The notes beneath the pieces are model-generated. The model was not told where the DNA came from and made no database searches. It saw only the letters and a list, made by a program, of their open reading frames with translations. Positions 59,789-64,000 of a DNA stretch of 64,000 nt are shown one piece after another. Every line of letters starts with the position of its first letter. The first letter of the stretch is position 1. This DNA is from Alphaproteobacteria bacterium (GTDB lineage Bacteria; Pseudomonadota; Alphaproteobacteria; UBA828): contig CBDCQT010000012.1 in the NCBI GenBank assembly GCA_965220745.1, positions 384,001-448,000 on the forward strand. The letters run 5' to 3'. The translations under genes were made by a program, and so were the position numbers.

Positions 59789-60835
59789 ATGGCAGAACAC
59801 TCGCAATCACACCGATCGCTCAATCGGCGCCAAATCCTGAAAGGCGCAGCCGCACTCGGCGGCGTTGCCGCCACCTCGTCCTTCATCAGCGTGGAGGCGC
59901 TTGGTGCCGACGCGGCGAAGGTCAACGTGCAACTCGGCTGGCTCGCCAGCAACGGCATCATAGGCGAGGTCGTGGCCAAGCGAACGGGCATCTACGACGA
60001 ACTCGGCATCGAGCTCGAGGTCACGCCGGGCGGGCCTGGCGTGGACGGCGTCGCGTCGGTGGCGGCCGGGCGGGCCGGGGTCGGCCATCTCTCCTCCAGC
60101 CCGTCGCTGATGCTGGCGCGCTCTGCCGGCATCCCGGTCAAGGCCTTCGCCGCCGGTTACCAGAAGCATCCCTTCACCTACTTCTCGCTCGCCAGCAATC
60201 CCATCAACACGCCCCAGGACATGATCGGAAAGACGATCGCCACGCAGCCCACGGCGGTCATTCTGCTCCGGGCGCTGCTGGCCAAGAACGGCATCGCCGA
60301 GGACCAGGTCGAGATCGTCAAGATGGGGAGTGACATGAACCAGGTGATGACCGGCCAGGCTGCCGCCGTCACCGGGTGGATGACCAATACCAATGCGCTG
60401 AAGATCCTTGGCGACGACCGCGTCGACATGATGCTGTGGGACGCGGGCATCCAGCTCTACGCCAATGTCTACTACGCCACCGACGAGATGCTGGCTGACC
60501 ACGCAGACGTGCTGACCCGCTTCCTCATCGGGACTGCGCGCGGCTGGGGCGAGGTGCGCAAGAACCCGGAGGCCGGTGTCGACCATCTCGTCGCCGAGTA
60601 CCAGAACCTCGATCGCGCGAGCGAGCTGGAAGCGGTGGGACCGGTGCTCGGATTCTCGTTCAACGACGTGACGGCAGCCGAGGGCTGGGCGGCCATGAAC
60701 CCGGCGAACTGGCAGGCGCAGATCGACACCTACGCCCAACTGGAGCAGTTCCAAGGCGCGACGCCGACGCTGGACGACGTGATGACCCTGGATATCCTTG
60801 CTGCCACGGAGGCCGTGAGGAAAGAGGTCGGATGA
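59789..60835 (+). CDS. NMT1/THI5-like ABC substrate-binding protein with Tat signal
   Basis: LNRRQILKG Tat motif; QLGW, PGGP, P.D..GKTI. Confidence 0.85.
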   Translation: MAEHSQSHRSLNRRQILKGAAALGGVAATSSFISVEALGADAAKVNVQLGWLASNGIIGEVVAKRTGIYDELGIELEVTPGGPGVDGVASVAAGRAGVGHLSSSPSLMLARSAGIPVKAFAAGYQKHPFTYFSLASNPINTPQDMIGKTIATQPTAVILLRALLAKNGIAEDQVEIVKMGSDMNQVMTGQAAAVTGWMTNTNALKILGDDRVDMMLWDAGIQLYANVYYATDEMLADHADVLTRFLIGTARGWGEVRKNPEAGVDHLVAEYQNLDRASELEAVGPVLGFSFNDVTAAEGWAAMNPANWQAQIDTYAQLEQFQGATPTLDDVMTLDILAATEAVRKEVG

Positions 60836-61647
60836 CGCAAGCCGCCGCCGTGGCGTCGGGCTGCACTAAAGCCTCCCCCGCCACGGCGATTGCAGTCCGC
60901 GACCTGGCGGTCCGTTTCGACGGAGACGCCGGCAGCGTCACCGCGCTCGACGGGGTCGGCTTCGAGGTGCCCGAAGCCGGCTTCGTCACCATGCTGGGAC
61001 CGTCAGGCTGCGGCAAGTCGACGCTGCTCAGGGCCGTCGCCGATCTAGTTCCCATCAGCGCAGGCTCGATCAACGTCTTCGGCCGCACGCCGGAGCAGGC
61101 CCGCCGGGCGCGGGATTTCGCCTTCGTCTTTCAGGACGCGACGCTGCTGCCCTGGCGCAGCGTCATCGACAACGTGCGGCTGCCGCTGGAGGTCGGCCGC
61201 CGCGGCGGTGCGGTCGAGCAGCATGCGGAGCCGGAGGAGCTGCTGGCGCTGGTGGGCCTCGAAGGGCGCGCCGACGCGCTCCCCCACGAGCTCTCAGGCG
61301 GCATGCGCCAGCGCGTCTCTATCGCGCGGGCGCTGGTTTGCCGCCCCCGCGTGCTGCTGATGGACGAGCCCTTCGGCGCCCTTGACGAGATCAACCGCGA
61401 CAAGCTCAACGAGGAGCTGCTGCGTATCTGGAAGGAGACCGGCACCACGATCATGTTCGTGACCCATTCGGTGCCCGAAGCCGCTTTCCTCGGCCAGAAA
61501 TGCCTGGTGCTCTCGGCCCAGCCGGGTCGCGTCCGCGAATACGTGGACATCTCCTTCACGTCGCCGCGTGCCCTCGGCATGCGCGACACACTCGAGTTCG
61601 TGCAGGTCACCGCGCACCTGCGCTCCCTCCTGGAGCTGCCGCGATGA
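60832..61647 (+). CDS. ABC transporter ATPase (TauB/SsuB-like)
   Basis: GPSGCGKST, LSGGMRQR, MDEPFGALD, VTHS. Confidence 0.93.
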   Translation: MTQAAAVASGCTKASPATAIAVRDLAVRFDGDAGSVTALDGVGFEVPEAGFVTMLGPSGCGKSTLLRAVADLVPISAGSINVFGRTPEQARRARDFAFVFQDATLLPWRSVIDNVRLPLEVGRRGGAVEQHAEPEELLALVGLEGRADALPHELSGGMRQRVSIARALVCRPRVLLMDEPFGALDEINRDKLNEELLRIWKETGTTIMFVTHSVPEAAFLGQKCLVLSAQPGRVREYVDISFTSPRALGMRDTLEFVQVTAHLRSLLELPR

Positions 61648-62483
61648 CCACGACAGAGGTGGGCGCCAAGGCCGCCAGGCCACAGGCCGCGGCAGGCGGA
61701 ACTGCCCGCGCCGGGCGAGCGAGAGCGAGGCGGCGTTTCCGCTATGCGCCTGCCATCGGGGCTGGGGTCGGCATGGTGGTTGTCTGGCACCTCATCGTCA
61801 CCGGCTTCGAGATACCGACCTACATCGCGCCGAGCCCGTGGCAGGTGCTGGTGGTGTTCGCCAACCAAGGCGACATACTCTGGATCAATTTCCTGCCAAC
61901 CCTGTTAGAGGCGGTGTGCGGCTTCGCGCTGGGCAACACCATCGCGGTGCTGCTCGCGGTCTGGTTCGTGCACAGCGGGGTGGCGGAGCGCGCGTTCTAT
62001 CCCATCGCGGTCTTCATCAACACGATCCCCATCATCGCCATCGCGCCGATCCTGGTGCTGATGCTGGGCAACGGCTACGAGCCGAAGATCGTCATCGCGG
62101 CTCTGATCTGCTTCTTCCCGACCCTGGTCAACATGGTACGCGGTCTCAAGGCGGTGAGCCCGCAGATGCTGGAGCTGATGCGCGTACTCTCTGCCAACGA
62201 CCGGGAGGTCCTGTTCAAGATCCGGCTGCAGAGCTCGCTGCCCTTCCTCTTCGCGGCATTGAAGATTGCATCGACGACCTGCGTCATCGGCGCCATCGTC
62301 GGCGAATGGATCGGCTCCAACTACGGCCTAGGCTCCCTCATCATCGAGGCCACCTACAACTTCCGCGCCCCCCTGCTCTACGCCACGGTCATCCTGGGCG
62401 CAGGCCTCGCGGTCGCTTTCTTCGTGACCACGTCGATCGTCGAACGGCAGGTCCTGAAGTGGAAGCCGGGCGCGGTCTTCTGA
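61644..62483 (+). CDS. ABC transporter permease (SsuC/TauC-like)
   Basis: P.YIAPSP, PIIAIAP, ALICFFP, IGAIVGEW. Confidence 0.92.
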   Translation: MTTTEVGAKAARPQAAAGGTARAGRARARRRFRYAPAIGAGVGMVVVWHLIVTGFEIPTYIAPSPWQVLVVFANQGDILWINFLPTLLEAVCGFALGNTIAVLLAVWFVHSGVAERAFYPIAVFINTIPIIAIAPILVLMLGNGYEPKIVIAALICFFPTLVNMVRGLKAVSPQMLELMRVLSANDREVLFKIRLQSSLPFLFAALKIASTTCVIGAIVGEWIGSNYGLGSLIIEATYNFRAPLLYATVILGAGLAVAFFVTTSIVERQVLKWKPGAVF

Positions 62484-62514
62484 GCCGGCTGCGCTCACAC
62501 CTGGAGGCAAGTAC

Positions 62515-63876
62515 ATGTCATCGCCTGAAATTCTGACCCGGCCCGAGACCCGCGTGCCGGTGGTCGCCAGTGCCGATGTGGTGGTGGTGGGCGGCGGGCC
62601 CGCCGGCATCTCGGCGGCGGTCTCGGCCGCGCGCAACGGCGCGCAGGCCATCCTGGTGGAGCGCTACCCCTACCTCGGCGGCCTCGCCTCCGGCGGCATG
62701 GTGCTGGTGCTGGACGACATGCACAACGACACGGAGATCTCCGTGCGCGGCCTCGCCATGGAGATCGTCGAGCGCATGCACGCCAAGGGGCTCTGCGTCT
62801 ATCCGCCGAAGGCCGACCGCGACCCGGCGGTCCGCACGACGGACGCGATGTGGCGCAAGTGGTGCCGGTGGGGCCTGTTCGACTTCTACGCCAATACGAA
62901 GCCCTATCCCATCATCTTCGCCGCCTCCTTCGACCCGGACGGCTTCAAGCAGGCGTCCCTCGACATGGTGCGGGAAGCCGGAGTCGAGCTCAGGCTGCAC
63001 AGCTGGTTCCAGTCCACGATCGTCGAGGACGGCCGCGCGGCCGGCGTCATCGTCGAGACCAAGGAGGGCGCGCAGGCCATCCGCGGCAGCGTCGTCGTCG
63101 ATGCCACTGGGGACCTCGACGTGGCCGCGAGCGCCGGCGCGCCTTTCGCCGAAGGCGCCTACATCGTCACCACGGTCTCCCGCATGGGTGGCGTGGATAC
63201 GGACGAGGCGGAGCGCTTCCAATTCGAGGAGCCCGAGCGCTTCGCCGAGATCGACCAGCGGGCCCGGCGCCTGATCGGGGGCTGCTGGCAAAACTGGTGG
63301 CTGAAGACCCCTCTGCCCGGCATCGTCTGGTGCAACTGCCCGCACATGTCAGGCTTCGACGGCCTCAAGGTGGCGGACCTCACGGCAGCCGAGTTCGAAG
63401 GCCGGCGCCGCATGCAGGCGGTGCTGGAATTTGCCCGCGAGCACGTGCCGGGCTTCGAGCGCGCCTACTTCGTGGACTTCGCTGCCCAGACCGGGGTGCG
63501 CCAGACCCGCCTGCTGGAAGGCGAGTACGTGGTCACCAAGCAGGACGTGAAGGACCGCGTGCACTTCCACGACAGCGTCTGCCGCGGGCGCGACTACTAC
63601 ACCCCGTACCGCGCGCTGCTGCCCCAGGGCGTGGACCAGCTGCTGGTGGCGGGCCGGCACTATTCGGCGACGTCGCAGGCCCAGAAGATCAGCCGCGAGA
63701 TCCCGCCCTGCATGGCCATGGGCGAGGCCGCCGGCATTGCCGCGGCGCAGGCGCTCGATGCCGGCATCCTGGTGCGCGATGTCGACGTGCGCGGCATCCA
63801 GAAGCAGATGCGGGCGCAAGGGGCGGACCCCGGCGACCGGCCGGCCGCGAACGCGCTCGTGAGGGAGGCCGCCTGA
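62515..63876 (+). CDS. FAD-dependent oxidoreductase (FAD_oxidored family)
   Basis: VVVGGGPAG, ER..YLGG, VDATGD.D, GVRQTR, PYRALLP..V..LLVAGR. Confidence 0.9.
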   Translation: MSSPEILTRPETRVPVVASADVVVVGGGPAGISAAVSAARNGAQAILVERYPYLGGLASGGMVLVLDDMHNDTEISVRGLAMEIVERMHAKGLCVYPPKADRDPAVRTTDAMWRKWCRWGLFDFYANTKPYPIIFAASFDPDGFKQASLDMVREAGVELRLHSWFQSTIVEDGRAAGVIVETKEGAQAIRGSVVVDATGDLDVAASAGAPFAEGAYIVTTVSRMGGVDTDEAERFQFEEPERFAEIDQRARRLIGGCWQNWWLKTPLPGIVWCNCPHMSGFDGLKVADLTAAEFEGRRRMQAVLEFAREHVPGFERAYFVDFAAQTGVRQTRLLEGEYVVTKQDVKDRVHFHDSVCRGRDYYTPYRALLPQGVDQLLVAGRHYSATSQAQKISREIPPCMAMGEAAGIAAAQALDAGILVRDVDVRGIQKQMRAQGADPGDRPAANALVREAA

Positions 63877-64000
63877 TGACCGCCGATGGAGGCACGGCCG
63901 GCGACCGACCGCTCCCGCTGGACGGTGTGCGGGTTCTCGATTTCACCCAGGTGATGATGGGCCCCTGCTGCACCCAGATGCTCGGCGACTACGGTGCCGA
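63876..64000 (+). CDS. CaiB/BaiF CoA-transferase, N-terminus; runs off the window
   Basis: MTADGG...PLDGVRVLDFTQVMMGPCCTQMLGDYGA. Confidence 0.85.
   Translation, partial: MTADGGTAGDRPLPLDGVRVLDFTQVMMGPCCTQMLGDYGA

Noticed and set aside
1-64000. CRISPR arrays, tRNA or rRNA genes, prophage genes
   Set aside because: No regularly spaced repeats, cloverleaf or rRNA signatures, or phage genes were recognised by eye; a computational scan could still find short elements.

Overview
High-GC bacterial chromosome segment, most likely alphaproteobacterial (inferred from NDUFA12, the cysE-iscR-iscS-fdx-mnmA order and an alphaproteobacterial palindromic repeat). (1) 1-18.2 kb is a catabolic cluster. It holds the 3' part of a toluene-4-monooxygenase-type di-iron monooxygenase operon lacking Rieske ferredoxin and reductase genes at their usual positions. 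This converges on a ureABCEFGD operon running into ATP-dependent hydantoinase/oxoprolinase A+B genes and an SDR. The UreC keeps all Ni ligands but has a remodelled substrate pocket, making it the best candidate for an undescribed system. A flavin monooxygenase, a dihydropyrimidinase and oxidoreductases follow. (2) 18.2-21.9 kb is an AT-rich nuclease-like pseudogene plus an IS630 nested in the left end of an IS1202/ISNCY element. (3) 22-42.6 kb is mostly core: nrdJ with NrdR boxes, a Cpx-like Spy/regulator/kinase locus containing a GH3 ligase plus acylase pair, tyrS, anmK, cysE-iscR-iscS-fdx and tenA. (4) From 42.6 kb an accessory region starts inside a broken mnmA. It contains IS remnants, a sulfonate module (tauABC-like, xsc, pta, sauS, SucCD-like ligase, citrate synthase), a 5' group II intron fragment and an NMT1-type ABC/FAD oxidoreductase/CoA-transferase cluster. 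No rRNA, tRNA or CRISPR array was seen. All calls rest on motif recognition by eye; no searches were run.
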